Positions 1-10,628 are shown, numbered from the stretch's first letter. The stretch is DNA of 64,000 nt from Histomonas meleagridis 2922-C6/04-290x (GCA_020184695.1 JAANOX010000205.1:372001-436000), one strand, 5' to 3'. The notes: a model not told the origin generated them from the letters alone. Program-made: numbers and translations.

Positions 1-856
1 CAGACTTTATTGTCTTCTTCGGATTAACCTTTGTTTGACATTCCTGATTAGAATACAAGCTTAAAGTTATATGAAGATTTGGAATGTAAGGTTCTTTTTT
101 CGTTTTTTTGTAAACATTTGAAAGATTGTATACATTATTCAAAAATTGAGTACCTTTTTTTACAATTCATATTAACGGACAACTGCATTCAAAACAAATA
201 AATTGTTTATTGGTTTTTTTCTGGAAAATTATAGTTTTTTTTCCAAAATGATCCCATAACATTCCATTATATTATTTATTTTGAATAAAAAATGCAATGC
301 ATTACATAATCTTTATTATATCATAAAACGAAATAAACATTTAGAAATGTATAAAATTTCAATTTACATGTTATTATTTGATTTCGAAATATGTATTAAA
401 AAATAATATTGAGAATTTCAGGTTCGGTAGAATCATATTTTTTCATTCTAACAAAATAATCTTTTTCTCAAAAAATGATTTCATTTATGTTTCAAATGGG
501 TGGAGTAAATTTGTAAAAATATATTATATTATAGATATTCTATAAGCAAATTTTAACTGTGAATGGTTTATGATGGAATTTTATGTTTTTAACGAAACTT
601 AATACGAACATAAAAAATATGGAAACAAAGTTAGAATTTTGCTGAATGGGAAAAGTTTTTATCTCTAAAGTACATTGCTTTAGACTCGAAAAACTACTTC
701 TTTAGCGGACAGATTTCGACCGTTTAAAATCCTAACACCCAGTGTGTTTGATTCCATTTTGTATGAAGCCATGATATCGTCAAAGCACGTGCTTTATGAT
801 GATACTACTAACATAAACATATGAGATAAAAATTTGAATCATCAATCAATTTACAT

Positions 857-975
857 GAAATTCAAAATTACTTTTAAATAAAGGAATTGATGTTAATGCA
901 AAAAATATTCATTTTAATAATTTGGAATATGTTTTAATAATTTGAAACAGCAATTGAAATTGCTAAAATGTTGAT
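857..975 (+). pseudogene. Ankyrin-repeat remnant
   Basis: Reads ...KLLLNKGIDVNAKN, then a 40-nt AT spacer (907-946), then TAIEIAK. It is frameshifted with no start codon and has the same unit type as the array at 3746-4600. Confidence 0.55.
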
Positions 976-1192
976 ATAAACATCGAATAATATGAAAATC
1001 ATCAAAATCACAATATATATTACAACGCTTTACCTATTGACAAGTATATTCACAAAGCAAAATGGAAATACATAAAAAATACAATAATATTATAAAGAAT
1101 TGATGAGATGAATAACGAGGAAAAATTATGAAAGACCTTAATAGGAATATGAAAAAATAAGTGATAATTTGATATAATACTTTATTTTATGA

Positions 1193-1400
1193 TTAAACAA
1201 ATAATTTCTTATCTATGTTAATATCATTTTCTGTTTCTTCATATGATTCCTTATTTTGAAGATTGATTTGAATAATTATTATTGTAATTATAACTATAAC
1301 AACAACTGCTGTAATTACGGTCTCAATAACAACACTACAAAGATCACACACAGGTTTTTTGTAACAATCGCTTTGGGTTCATTGATTTTTGATATCTGCA
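1193..1400 (-). pseudogene. C-terminal fragment of a single-pass surface protein (TM helix plus short acidic tail)
   Basis: Manual minus-strand translation gives KKPVCDLCSVVIETVITAVVVIVIITIIIIQINLQNKESYEETENDINIDKKLFV*. Upstream sequence is broken by stops and frameshifts. Confidence 0.35.
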
Positions 1401-1892
1401 CTTGTTCATAAGGTATTTCTTTCTTATTTAAATAATGATTTCAATGGTTGCATCATCGATTAGAAAACGCAACAGTTTAATTTCCATTTTACAAAAGTTA
1501 TTCTTAAACTATTGACTTTTTGACTTTACCATGCTTGGAAGGACATAAAATAGATATACTATCAGAATTTACATTAAAATGAATTTTTTGATAACAATTT
1601 TATTGATTTAATATTTGATTAGCCCATTCGTTATATCATATTTAATTCGGTACCCTGGTGAACTTATAAATAGACAAAGAATAATAACATGGTACTTCCT
1701 AAGGAGGGTGCACTGTTTTTCCTATTTTAATTTAATGCTGAAAAAATAATGTTTGAAACGCGTTTGATTTCTATATGACATATCATGTGAAATTAAATTT
1801 CTGGGAAAATCTGCTAACATACAAATATGCATGTTAAATCAGTACCAAGTATTAGAAACATCCCAATACCAAATTGGGAATCTCGGCATTAA

Positions 1893-2294
1893 ATGCAAAG
1901 AAAGCAGGAAATTGGACTTATTTTTTTTGAAAAAAATCGAAAGCGACCTATTAATCTTTCTAACTTATACAAAAAATCAAATTTAAATATAACAAACCCA
2001 AATGCCAGGAAGCTTTCCCGGAGTTGTGATTATAATTTCGGTACAAGATTTAATAATAAAAATGAAAAGCATCAAAAAGAATTAGATAACTTACAATTTG
2101 TACCATCTCTGACTTTTACAAAGGAAAAGCAAGTTAAAAATCGACCAGCTACTTCAATTGATGAGATTGATGACAAAAATTATGTCATTCATAAGCTAAA
2201 TCCTATAATGCCTAAAGCTTCGCCACTCACTGTTTCTCATATCACATTTAACCAAAGTTGTAATACTAACAAAAAAGAACAATCAAAACATTAA
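1893..2294 (+). CDS. Hypothetical basic protein (133 aa)
   Basis: ATG-started ORF. An in-frame ATG at 1827 is separated from it by a single TAA. No recognisable domain. Confidence 0.4.
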   Translation: MQRKQEIGLIFFEKNRKRPINLSNLYKKSNLNITNPNARKLSRSCDYNFGTRFNNKNEKHQKELDNLQFVPSLTFTKEKQVKNRPATSIDEIDDKNYVIHKLNPIMPKASPLTVSHITFNQSCNTNKKEQSKH

Positions 2295-2730
2295 ATTCGC
2301 CAACTCAAAAGAAAATAGTGTGGAAACAATTTCAAAAAAATGATTTCATACGAATACAAAAATATTCATTTGAAGCCATTTTTTATGGCAGAATGTTAAT
2401 AGCTAACATGGAACTCATTGGCTTTTTGGCACAGACGGTTGAATATAGCTGCTATAATTTGCCAACGGTGAGTTCGACAGACGTATTTTTGGCTAATGAG
2501 GATCGAGCTATTTATCAATCTTGGAAATTAGTGTTGCAACAAAATTATTTTTTGGCCACACAAAATGTATAAATTTGTTTGTTTTTTGCGATTTTTTTGT
2601 TTCATTTTTATGTTTTAAATAAATTGAGTAACAATTCTAGGTGTTGTAAGTCGTAATTTGGGTTCCAGAAAGCTTATGTGCTTTTTCGTGAAGTTATCTT
2701 TAACGGTCATCAGGGGCAGCCCCACCTCTA

Positions 2731-2737
2731 ACCGTTA
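2731..2737 (+). promoter_or_regulatory. M3-like (RCNGTTR, Myb-type) core promoter element followed by Inr-like TCATTT (2749-2754)
   Basis: ACCGTTA lies ~25 nt upstream of the ATG at 2759, matching the core-promoter layout described for Trichomonas vaginalis. Confidence 0.5.
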
Positions 2738-2758
2738 AATTTCGATGATCATTTTGAG

Positions 2759-3814
2759 ATGGATAATAGTATCACCCAAGATCAAACAACAACTACAACA
2801 AATTATTCAGAAAAGGAAAGTGAAAATGTTTATCTGGAATCAATTCTTTCGCTCGAACATATAATATTTAATTTAACTGAAGAAAATCTTAATTCATCAA
2901 TCCAACAAACGCTGAAATTATTTGACACAAATTTCCCTCATTCATTTAATATTAAAATTAGTAAATTAATTTATTTGGCTTTTGTATCACGAAAGAACAA
3001 AAGTTCTGTTTATATTAATTATTTGAAATCAATTCAAACAAAAGAAGAAGAAATGGATAAAAGTAATCCCAAAATATTTGATTTTTTCATTGAATACATA
3101 TGCAATATTGCATCACAAGAATCAAACTATCTAATTAATAAAATGATTGATCTAAATATACTTCATGAAGATATAATAAAAAATAATTTTAATCAAACAA
3201 TTGAACCATCACTTTATGAAAGACATTCATTTGTTAATCAAAAAAATGTTACATTAATTGATTATGCAGCATTTTTTTCTTCAGTAAAATGTTTTAAATA
3301 TTTACTTATGAATGGTTCTAAAATAGAAAACACAGGTAAATATGCAGTTGCAGGTGGAAATGAAGAAATCATTCATTTATGTGAACAAAACCACTCATCA
3401 TTTGAAGGATCATATGAAACTGCAATTGAATTTCATAAAAATGATATCTTTAAATATCTTTATGAGAATAAAACCCAAAAAATTGATAGTTTGGAAAAAT
3501 TAGGAAAGGAATGTGTTTTATATTACAATTCTGAAATTTTATTATTTTTACTTGATAAAGGAATGAAAATAAATAATGATATTATTAATGCTTCAGCAAA
3601 AATTGGGAATTTGTTTCTGACAAAATATTTCATTGAAGAATATTGTCTTCCAAAAAATATTTTAATTTTTTCCGGACAATCAGGAAATATCGAATGTTTT
3701 GATTATATCTTAAGAAAAGGTGTATTTAATATCAATTCAAAAGATATTTATTTGTTTTATTTGAAATTTATTTTAATAATTTTGGATTTCAAAATAATAT
3801 TTGGAAATTATTAA
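2759..3814 (+). CDS. Ankyrin-repeat protein, parabasalid expanded (DUF3447-like) family; probably continues through the spacer-interrupted array to 4601
   Basis: Family motifs TLIDYAAFFSSVKCFKYLL, AVAGGNEEIIHLCEQ and AIEFHKNDIFKYL. The ORF stops inside the first 80-nt spacer while ankyrin-coding blocks continue downstream in shifted frames. Confidence 0.85.
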   Translation: MDNSITQDQTTTTTNYSEKESENVYLESILSLEHIIFNLTEENLNSSIQQTLKLFDTNFPHSFNIKISKLIYLAFVSRKNKSSVYINYLKSIQTKEEEMDKSNPKIFDFFIEYICNIASQESNYLINKMIDLNILHEDIIKNNFNQTIEPSLYERHSFVNQKNVTLIDYAAFFSSVKCFKYLLMNGSKIENTGKYAVAGGNEEIIHLCEQNHSSFEGSYETAIEFHKNDIFKYLYENKTQKIDSLEKLGKECVLYYNSEILLFLLDKGMKINNDIINASAKIGNLFLTKYFIEEYCLPKNILIFSGQSGNIECFDYILRKGVFNINSKDIYLFYLKFILIILDFKIIFGNY

Positions 3815-4601
3815 GAATATTTGAAACAGCACTTATTTTAGCATCTTTAAATGGTCATATAGAAATAGTTAAATTACTTCTTGAACAAGAAGGAATTGAT
3901 ATTAATGCTAAAAATATTTATTTGTTTTATTTAGAATTTGTTTTAATAATTTTATATTTCAAAATAATATTTGAAAATTATTTAAATTATTTCAAACAGC
4001 ACTTATGTATGCATCTGAAAATGGTCATACAGAAATAGTTAAATTACTTCTTGAACAAGAAGGAATTGATATTAATGCTAAAAATATTTATTTGTTTTAT
4101 TTAATATTTGTTTTAATAATTTTATATAATAAAATAATATTTGGAAATTATTAAGAATATTTGAAACAGCACTTATTTTATCATCTTCAAATGGTCATAC
4201 AGAAATAGTTAAATTACTTCTTGAACAAGAAGGAATTGATATTAATGCTAAAGATATTTATTTGTTTTATTTTATATTTATTTTAATAATTTTGGATTTC
4301 AAAATAAATTTTGGAAATAATTTAAAATATTTGAAACAGCACTTATGTATGCATCTGAAGAAGGTCATATAGAAATAGTTAAATTACTTCTTGAACAAGA
4401 AGGAATTGATATTAATGTTTAAGATATGTATATGTTTGATTTGATGTTTTTTTTAATAATTTTGTATTTTAAAATAATATTTGAAAATGATTTAAATTGT
4501 TTAAAACAGCACTTATGTATGAGTTTAGAAATAATCATACAAAAATAGAATTGATTCTCATTAATGAGAAGCTTAAAGAGATTTCCAATTTTAACCGTTA
4601 A
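3746..4601 (+). repeat. Tandem array with exact 170-nt period: 90-nt ankyrin-coding block plus 80-nt AT-rich spacer, five units
   Basis: The aca-gca-ctt (TAL) codons start at 3826, 3996, 4166, 4336 and 4506. Blocks translate as TALMYASENGHTEIVKLLLEQEGIDINAK(N/D)-type repeats. Confidence 0.95.
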
Positions 4602-4682
4602 TTCATATGGGATCCCATATCACAAGTAACTTTTTAAATGAGTCGATAGCGGCAGTTTTATTGGTGCCCCGATTCCATTTTC

Positions 4683-5387
4683 ATGGAAATTACCCTTTCA
4701 AAGGGCAAATTATCAATCCAAAAAATGGGTTCTGAAGCGAGCCAATCAGAAAGTGAAGGTGGTTTAGATTCAGATGAAGCCAATGAAAACTCGAAAACAA
4801 AAGGCAACAAAAAAACAAATTTCATCGAAGAAAATTCGTCCATGTTAAAAAATGGTGACTTTTCACCATTATCATCAATGGCTGACATCCCAGACATTGA
4901 CCTAGATGGCAATGTTGCTTTTACAGAGTCGAGAGAAATTCAAGAGAAAATCAAAGATGAATATTCCAAAGAATTACAATTTTATTATAGTTCAATAAAT
5001 TCTAGAGCAACAGAAATCCAACAAGCCATCACAGCAGGCGGTATAATTGATAGAGTGACACTTGAAATTATTCGTGAAATATATGCAAAAACCAAAAGAA
5101 CACAAGAAAAAATGAACATGATAGATAAAAACATTAACCCAAGAGAACTTGAGATTATCAAAAACAAGCAAAATGCGCCTCTCAAAATAATCAAAGATAT
5201 CAAACATAAGACAATCAACAAAATGGGACAAATGAATGTCAAAGCTGAATCAATTGAAGACGAGCTTCGCATTGTTCAGATGGAGTATGAAAAAGTTAAA
5301 CGATCCCTTGAAAGCAAACGAGAAGAATATAAACAAATGAAAGAAGAGTACAAGCAACTCAAAAGAGATATCGCAATGAATGAATAA
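4683..5387 (+). CDS. Hypothetical coiled-coil protein
   Basis: 234-aa ORF with an acidic Ser-rich N-terminus and a heptad-like E/K-rich C-terminus. An alternative start MGSEAS is at 4725. Confidence 0.7.
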   Translation: MEITLSKGKLSIQKMGSEASQSESEGGLDSDEANENSKTKGNKKTNFIEENSSMLKNGDFSPLSSMADIPDIDLDGNVAFTESREIQEKIKDEYSKELQFYYSSINSRATEIQQAITAGGIIDRVTLEIIREIYAKTKRTQEKMNMIDKNINPRELEIIKNKQNAPLKIIKDIKHKTINKMGQMNVKAESIEDELRIVQMEYEKVKRSLESKREEYKQMKEEYKQLKRDIAMNE

Positions 5388-6086
5388 AACTGTTTTTTCA
5401 CGATATTTATTAAGCGAATTATATTTAATGCTATTCATTATGTTTAATATATAACTTAATTCTGTTAGAAATGTAAATTTAATCTGTTCAATTACAGAAT
5501 TCATAGAAGTTCATTGCCATACCTTATTATCATCATACAAATGCATCAATTGCATGCCAGATATTTCATTTAATCAAGAAAAGGTGTTAAATTAATATTC
5601 CAACTAAACAGTTTCTTATAAAACTTTCGTCCATTTGTTGTCTTTGGTTGGATCAGGTTCATCACAACTTCGGAAATGGGAAAATAACAATAATTTATGC
5701 GATTTTCTCAAATATTTATTTTTTTTTAACATTTTTTCAAGCACATGGTAATAAATATAAAATTATAATGATTTATACATGATTTTATTTGTTTTTAATA
5801 ACATATTAAATTTTTTTCTTGAAGAAACATGGCTCAAAAAAATGGAAAGCACGATATGATTCAATTATTTACTTTTACAGTTGTATATAATCATTTCCTT
5901 TTTCAAGCTATAATAAAATTATAATATCATGATTATCATGAATAACTTTTATATAAAATTTCATATGGAAATTATTTATTATCTTTTATTTTGGATCATT
6001 TTGATATATTTAAAAATTAATTCAAGTACTATTGTGCTTCGGGGATACTTGTTTTAAACATAAAATCGTTTCATACATTCTAAACT

Positions 6087-6218
6087 TTATTTATTAGCTT
6101 TTGCTCTTTTTGCTTTCTCTCTCTTTATCCAAGCGCCATCATCTTCCTTTGCGCCTACGACTCTTATATCCAAATGTGGCATTTCATTAAATCCGAATGA
6201 TTTTGCTACTCCTTCGAT
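6087..6218 (-). pseudogene. Orphan 3' fragment resembling the C-terminus of a HAS1/DDX18-type DEAD-box helicase
   Basis: IEGVAKSFGFNEMPHLDIRV resembles the Has1/DDX18 VAKSFGF..PP.V motif and is followed by a basic tail and stop. No helicase core lies upstream. Confidence 0.45.
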
Positions 6219-6431
6219 GTTACATATAATTTGGGTGTAAATTATAATTTTGCTACTGTTGATGATAAATATATTGTTATGGTTGAAGTTTCTGATTTTC
6301 TCCTTGTTGTTAAATTTGTTTAACATAAAAACGAAGTACTGCACAAACAAATTCAAAAGCATAAAAGAACATAAAAACAGAAATTATATTTCAATTAGTT
6401 ACAAAACAAATTATCAATTCGTAATAATTTT

Positions 6432-8633
6432 TTAAAGTTCAATTTTGCAAAAACGCGTCAATTCCTCGTTTGGCATTGCAGACTGAAATATGCTTTTACA
6501 CGATGCCATCATTTGTGAAGTTGGGTAAGAGAACATTCCACCGAACACTTGTGCGCAAGCGAAGTCATTAATGAATACGTAGTTCGACAACATTCCGTAA
6601 GGATTCGAGTACAAGAAGCACGTGATGAATATTGGCGTATATTCATCAGCGCCCAATTCCATTGACGGCGGACAATTTGTTGAGAAGTATTTGTACACCA
6701 TATCGAACGCGTTTTTTAGGAGCGAAATCTTTCGAATCGGGTTAATTTCCATGAACGCTAAAATGATATTTTCCCAAATTTCGAATTCGTCTCGAAGTTT
6801 TTCGACGAGTTCTCTAAGAATAACTTTCTTTGGCTTTTTGTTTACGTCATAAGGTTCAGTAGGTAAAGGGAATTGTTCTTGTACGAACGGCGTTGCCATT
6901 GTTGATATTATACTTGAAAGTTGATTATCATATTCACTTAATTCGGAATGAGTTTCTTGGAAATATTGGAAGTTAAATGAAGAAGTTAATATACTATAAC
7001 ATATTTCAGGATATGTTTTTGTGATTAAATATTTCGGTAATTCATTCTTACCTTTGATTATAATTTGTTGATAATCATCTAAAAATAACTTCGGATCATT
7101 CATATATTGTATAGTACGTTGTTCATTATTTATGTTATTATTCGACTTAAATAATTCGGTGTAAATTAAATAATGTAATAATACATTAAAGACACGAATT
7201 CGTGTGTCGGATGTAAGTTGTCCAATAGATAATATCGATGTAGTAATGGATGTATATGCACTTAACGCGCGGATCTCTTTCTTACGCTCTAAGACAACTT
7301 TACTTAATGTTCGGATTAAGTTCGCTTCATTATCAAAGCCACATAACATGTTTAACATGTTGGCTTCTTCTTGTCGTGATAATAATGTCTCCGGTGGCCC
7401 CATTTGTACTAAATATGCATTAACAAATCCTTCTGTTGTTAACCCTAATGGAGTCTCGGAGAAATATGGAATTGAATCAGACTTCTTTAAGAGATGTCGT
7501 AATGATACTTCTGGTTTAAAGTTACTTTTAACCATTGTAACTTCTTTTAAGTTATGAATACTATCTTCGACAATTAAGTTTTTAGGCTTTGTTGCATATG
7601 GAATATATTGAAGATTATCTATTGTTCGAAATGATTTAGATAAAAAGGTATATTCAATGGATGAAATAACATGTGAACTAAATAATGCAGGTGCATTATT
7701 ACGATCTTTTGTTGAGATAAACTTAAAATGTGGACTTTTACTTTGTATTGTAATATCAACTAAATCATTAATAATACTATGTGGTTCACCAGGTGTTAAA
7801 ATATCACGAATCGCTTGAATAAGATGTGTTGAAGGTGATTGGAAAAAATCAACAAGACAAGAAATTTGAATTAATGATACATTACCTTTCGGTGGTGATG
7901 TAGCTTCAGCAAAGAAACCATTAAAAAGTACATCAGCAGGCTTAATGTCATGACGACGGATTTTTAAGAGTTTAATTATATATGGTGGTATTATGTTAGT
8001 ATTGGATTTCCATCGTTGCTTAATACTAGCACCAATAGATGTTAAATTATAGTTTTGTGTGCCTCTCTGTGGTGTCATGACAGAAAGTGCTGGAATAAAA
8101 ACTTTGCTGATAAACCTTAGAAAAAGTGGAGAATAAAATGCCATTCGCGAAAAACTGTAATATTTTTGTGGGTCTTCAATGGTTTTAATTGTTTTAATAA
8201 AAGAAGCATTCCCAAATTTGGTTGTAAAGAAATAAAAATAAGATGGAAGTGGACCAAATGTAAAAAAGTCGATTTGTGCTTGATCAGTACATTTTTCATA
8301 ATTTTTGACAAGTTTCTCGAGTGCTGGACAATCGTATGAATAAGGAACGATTTTTTTATCCCCTAAAAATGATTGATAGAATAGTGGAAATTTTTTTTCA
8401 TTAGAATTATATAGGCTATGAAAGAGATAGACAACTACATAATGATGTTTTTGACTGTTGAGTTTTTTGAGAAATTTCTTTTCAAGAAAATGATACTCTT
8501 TTGTTCTATAACTTATTTCAACTTCATTAATCCCAAGTTCGTTACGAAGTGCGTTTTGAGCCTCTCGAAATTTGTCTATAAGTTCTTTGGATATGTCACC
8601 GCCTGATAGAGCAAAGCTCGAAACAACTTTCAT
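6432..8633 (-). CDS. VPS9-domain protein (Rab5-family GEF)
   Basis: 733-aa ORF. The C-terminal INPIRKISLLKNAF...LGADEYTPIFITCFLYSNP..MLSNYVFINDF matches the VPS9 GAD signature. Confidence 0.8.
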   Translation of the reverse strand: MKVVSSFALSGGDISKELIDKFREAQNALRNELGINEVEISYRTKEYHFLEKKFLKKLNSQKHHYVVVYLFHSLYNSNEKKFPLFYQSFLGDKKIVPYSYDCPALEKLVKNYEKCTDQAQIDFFTFGPLPSYFYFFTTKFGNASFIKTIKTIEDPQKYYSFSRMAFYSPLFLRFISKVFIPALSVMTPQRGTQNYNLTSIGASIKQRWKSNTNIIPPYIIKLLKIRRHDIKPADVLFNGFFAEATSPPKGNVSLIQISCLVDFFQSPSTHLIQAIRDILTPGEPHSIINDLVDITIQSKSPHFKFISTKDRNNAPALFSSHVISSIEYTFLSKSFRTIDNLQYIPYATKPKNLIVEDSIHNLKEVTMVKSNFKPEVSLRHLLKKSDSIPYFSETPLGLTTEGFVNAYLVQMGPPETLLSRQEEANMLNMLCGFDNEANLIRTLSKVVLERKKEIRALSAYTSITTSILSIGQLTSDTRIRVFNVLLHYLIYTELFKSNNNINNEQRTIQYMNDPKLFLDDYQQIIIKGKNELPKYLITKTYPEICYSILTSSFNFQYFQETHSELSEYDNQLSSIISTMATPFVQEQFPLPTEPYDVNKKPKKVILRELVEKLRDEFEIWENIILAFMEINPIRKISLLKNAFDMVYKYFSTNCPPSMELGADEYTPIFITCFLYSNPYGMLSNYVFINDFACAQVFGGMFSYPTSQMMASCKSIFQSAMPNEELTRFCKIEL

Positions 8634-9007
8634 ACAGTCCTGTACCCTGTTTTTTTAACAGTACTGAAAGGGCAATTTTTCCACTGTTGTAACCTTCTAT
8701 CCTTTCAATATTGAGTATCCATTAAAATATTTGGTTATTTGATTATTTTACACAACTTTTTGAAAAGAAACTTTGAGTCAATCCGACTAATCTGATCCAA
8801 GCTCTATAAATTTTCTTGATTTTCATTTAAAAAAAAGATTTAAATTCCAACAAAATGTGGAATTATAGTCATGTTAAAATATCTTTGATGTTAGTTCAAG
8901 TGATTTGTAAAAATTAGATGCTTATATTAAGACATATATATTTTTTTAATTCAAAGAAACTTCTAGTAAAAAACACACATGTGTCATGGCCAAAATAATC
9001 GATAGTC

Positions 9008-9022
9008 TGTGTGAATCATGTT
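9008..9022 (+). repeat. 15-bp target-site duplication, left copy (TGTGTGAATCATGTT)
   Basis: Identical 15-mer at 10629-10643, directly outside the opposite TIR. Confidence 0.95.
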
Positions 9023-9188
9023 TGTTGCAAGAGAAAAAGCGCCTGACTTCACTTCCTCCACTTTTTGATGGAACTCATAGAATTGTTTGTATGAGAGAAT
9101 TCAAAAGCATATTCTGTCACTTTCTTGTTGTTTATATGAGGGGGTGCCCCATTGTATCGTTTTCACTTTTTCAATGGTTTATTTCTCA

Positions 9189-10100
9189 ATGAAGAAGAAC
9201 TCAAGTAACGACGATTCGAAAAATGGCATCGATATACAAGCATCCCGTCAAGCAATTCATGACAATGGAGTCGAAGATACAAGGAAAATATTCCATATCA
9301 GTCGAGAGAGAATCCATGCAATTTGCAAACTCGAGGGGATAGCAATTCCTAGCCGAGGGAGACCGTCAAAGGAAATCAAAGAAGAGGAAGTTAATTTTTG
9401 CCTCGACTACAGAGACAAATACCATGTTGGCTATCAACGAACTGCTGAGTCTGCTAAGCGACATAACATTGCAACTACTGAGTGGTCAGTTAGGAAGATA
9501 TTTACTGAGCAGAAATCGCTTTGTTACAAGAAACCTGAAAAGCTCCCCAAAGAACATCTCCGTTTTTTCGTTGCAAAATATGCTAATCAGTTATGGCATG
9601 CAGATATTCACTATGTTACCATTGAAAAAAAACAATTTCATCTCCTTGATTTCATTGATGATCGTTCTCGCTTCCTGATCTATTATTAAGTCCTATCAAG
9701 TAAGACTTCTGAAGCTTGTGCCACGTCGCTTATTAAAGCTCTAGGTTCTGTTGTACATCGACCTAAAATGCTGACTATTGATAATGGGGGAGAATTTACC
9801 GGCAATCCATTTCAATTTATACTCCAGCTTTATGGTATTGAAGATTACCGTACTCACTTCTATACTCCAGATAAGAATGGTAAGATAGAACGTTTTTGGT
9901 TGACGATTGAACGTGCCAAAGGACCAAATGTTGCATGAAGCATTCCTAAGATTAATAACATAATTCATGAATATAATTATTTTTGGACGCATCGAAGTTT
10001 GAGAAAACTCACACACCAATCCTTAACACCCTATGAAGCATGGCGCACAATGGATAGGTATACAGGTCAAACTGATGCTTGCATTGAGATGATTAAATAA
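9189..10100 (+). pseudogene. IS481-like integrase-core (rve) transposase with two in-frame stops
   Basis: One frame of 304 codons with WHADIHY, DDRSR, TIDNGGEF and NGKIERFW (DDE triad). Stops at 9687-9689 (TAA) and 9936-9938 (TGA). Confidence 0.88.
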
Positions 10101-10274
10101 TTCCATTTCATTTGATTTTTATTATTTTTTATGTTTACTCATATTATATAAGCCTAGTACTGATACGAACAACGATTGCTTAATTTTCATGTGTTTAATC
10201 GAACTGGATGCATCCAGCTAGCTTGTGCTACTATATATTAATATATTATTATTTTTTTCTTCTATTATCGATAT

Positions 10275-10322
10275 ATGCCGATACCACTTTTGTATAAAAC
10301 ATTCAAAAGGTGGTATCGGCAT
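10275..10322. other. Hairpin 1 inside the transposon 3' region
   Basis: ATGCCGATACCACTTTTG ... CAAAAGGTGGTATCGGCAT, near-perfect arms. Confidence 0.9.
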
Positions 10323-10447
10323 GTTTTGTAAACCATTCAATTTTTAAATTTCAATGCACACATATAATATTTTCGCTTAGTATCATTAAAAAGTTGCAAT
10401 CACAAGCAGGATTAATCCTATTAATAGTCGTTCACAGGCACGGACGG

Positions 10448-10489
10448 GCCGATACCACTTTTTGAGGGCACTCAAAAAGTGGTATCGGC
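10448..10489. other. Hairpin 2 inside the transposon 3' region (19-bp perfect stem, 4-nt loop)
   Basis: GCCGATACCACTTTTTGAG-GGCA-CTCAAAAAGTGGTATCGGC. Confidence 0.95.
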
Positions 10490-10628
10490 GATCATTTGGG
10501 GGCCCCCTGTCGTAAATGCAATTCAAAAAGTTCGTATGATATTTTTTTCTATTAACAAATAGAATTTATTCTATGAGTTCATTCAAAAAGTGGAGAAAGT
10601 GAAGTCAGGCGCTTTTTCTCTTACCACA

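Larger units (their letters stand above)
9023..10628 (+). mobile_element. IS481EU-type (IS481-like DDE) DNA transposon, 1606 bp, complete ends
   Basis: TGT...ACA termini, 61-bp TIRs (9023-9083 and 10568-10628, 56/61 identical by manual alignment), a 15-bp TSD and an internal rve-type transposase. Confidence 0.92.

Noticed and set aside
782-815. Palindrome AAAGCACGTGCTTT followed by box C-like ATGATGA and ACTAAC
   Set aside because: No box D or terminal stem was found, and no donor or acceptor fits the ACTAAC.
3746-4505. CRISPR-like array (regular repeat-spacer period)
   Set aside because: The conserved units are 90-nt ankyrin-coding blocks, the spacers are homologous to each other, the context is eukaryotic and there are no cas genes.
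5500-5690. Coding-like minus-strand stretch (PISEVVMNLIQPKTTNGRKFY...)
   Set aside because: Short, with multiple stops and no recognisable motif.
9936-9938. TGA or TAA stop-codon reassignment suggested by in-frame stops in both transposases
   Set aside because: Host genes end normally in TGA (CCT4) and TAA and have no internal stops, so the stops are better explained by decay.
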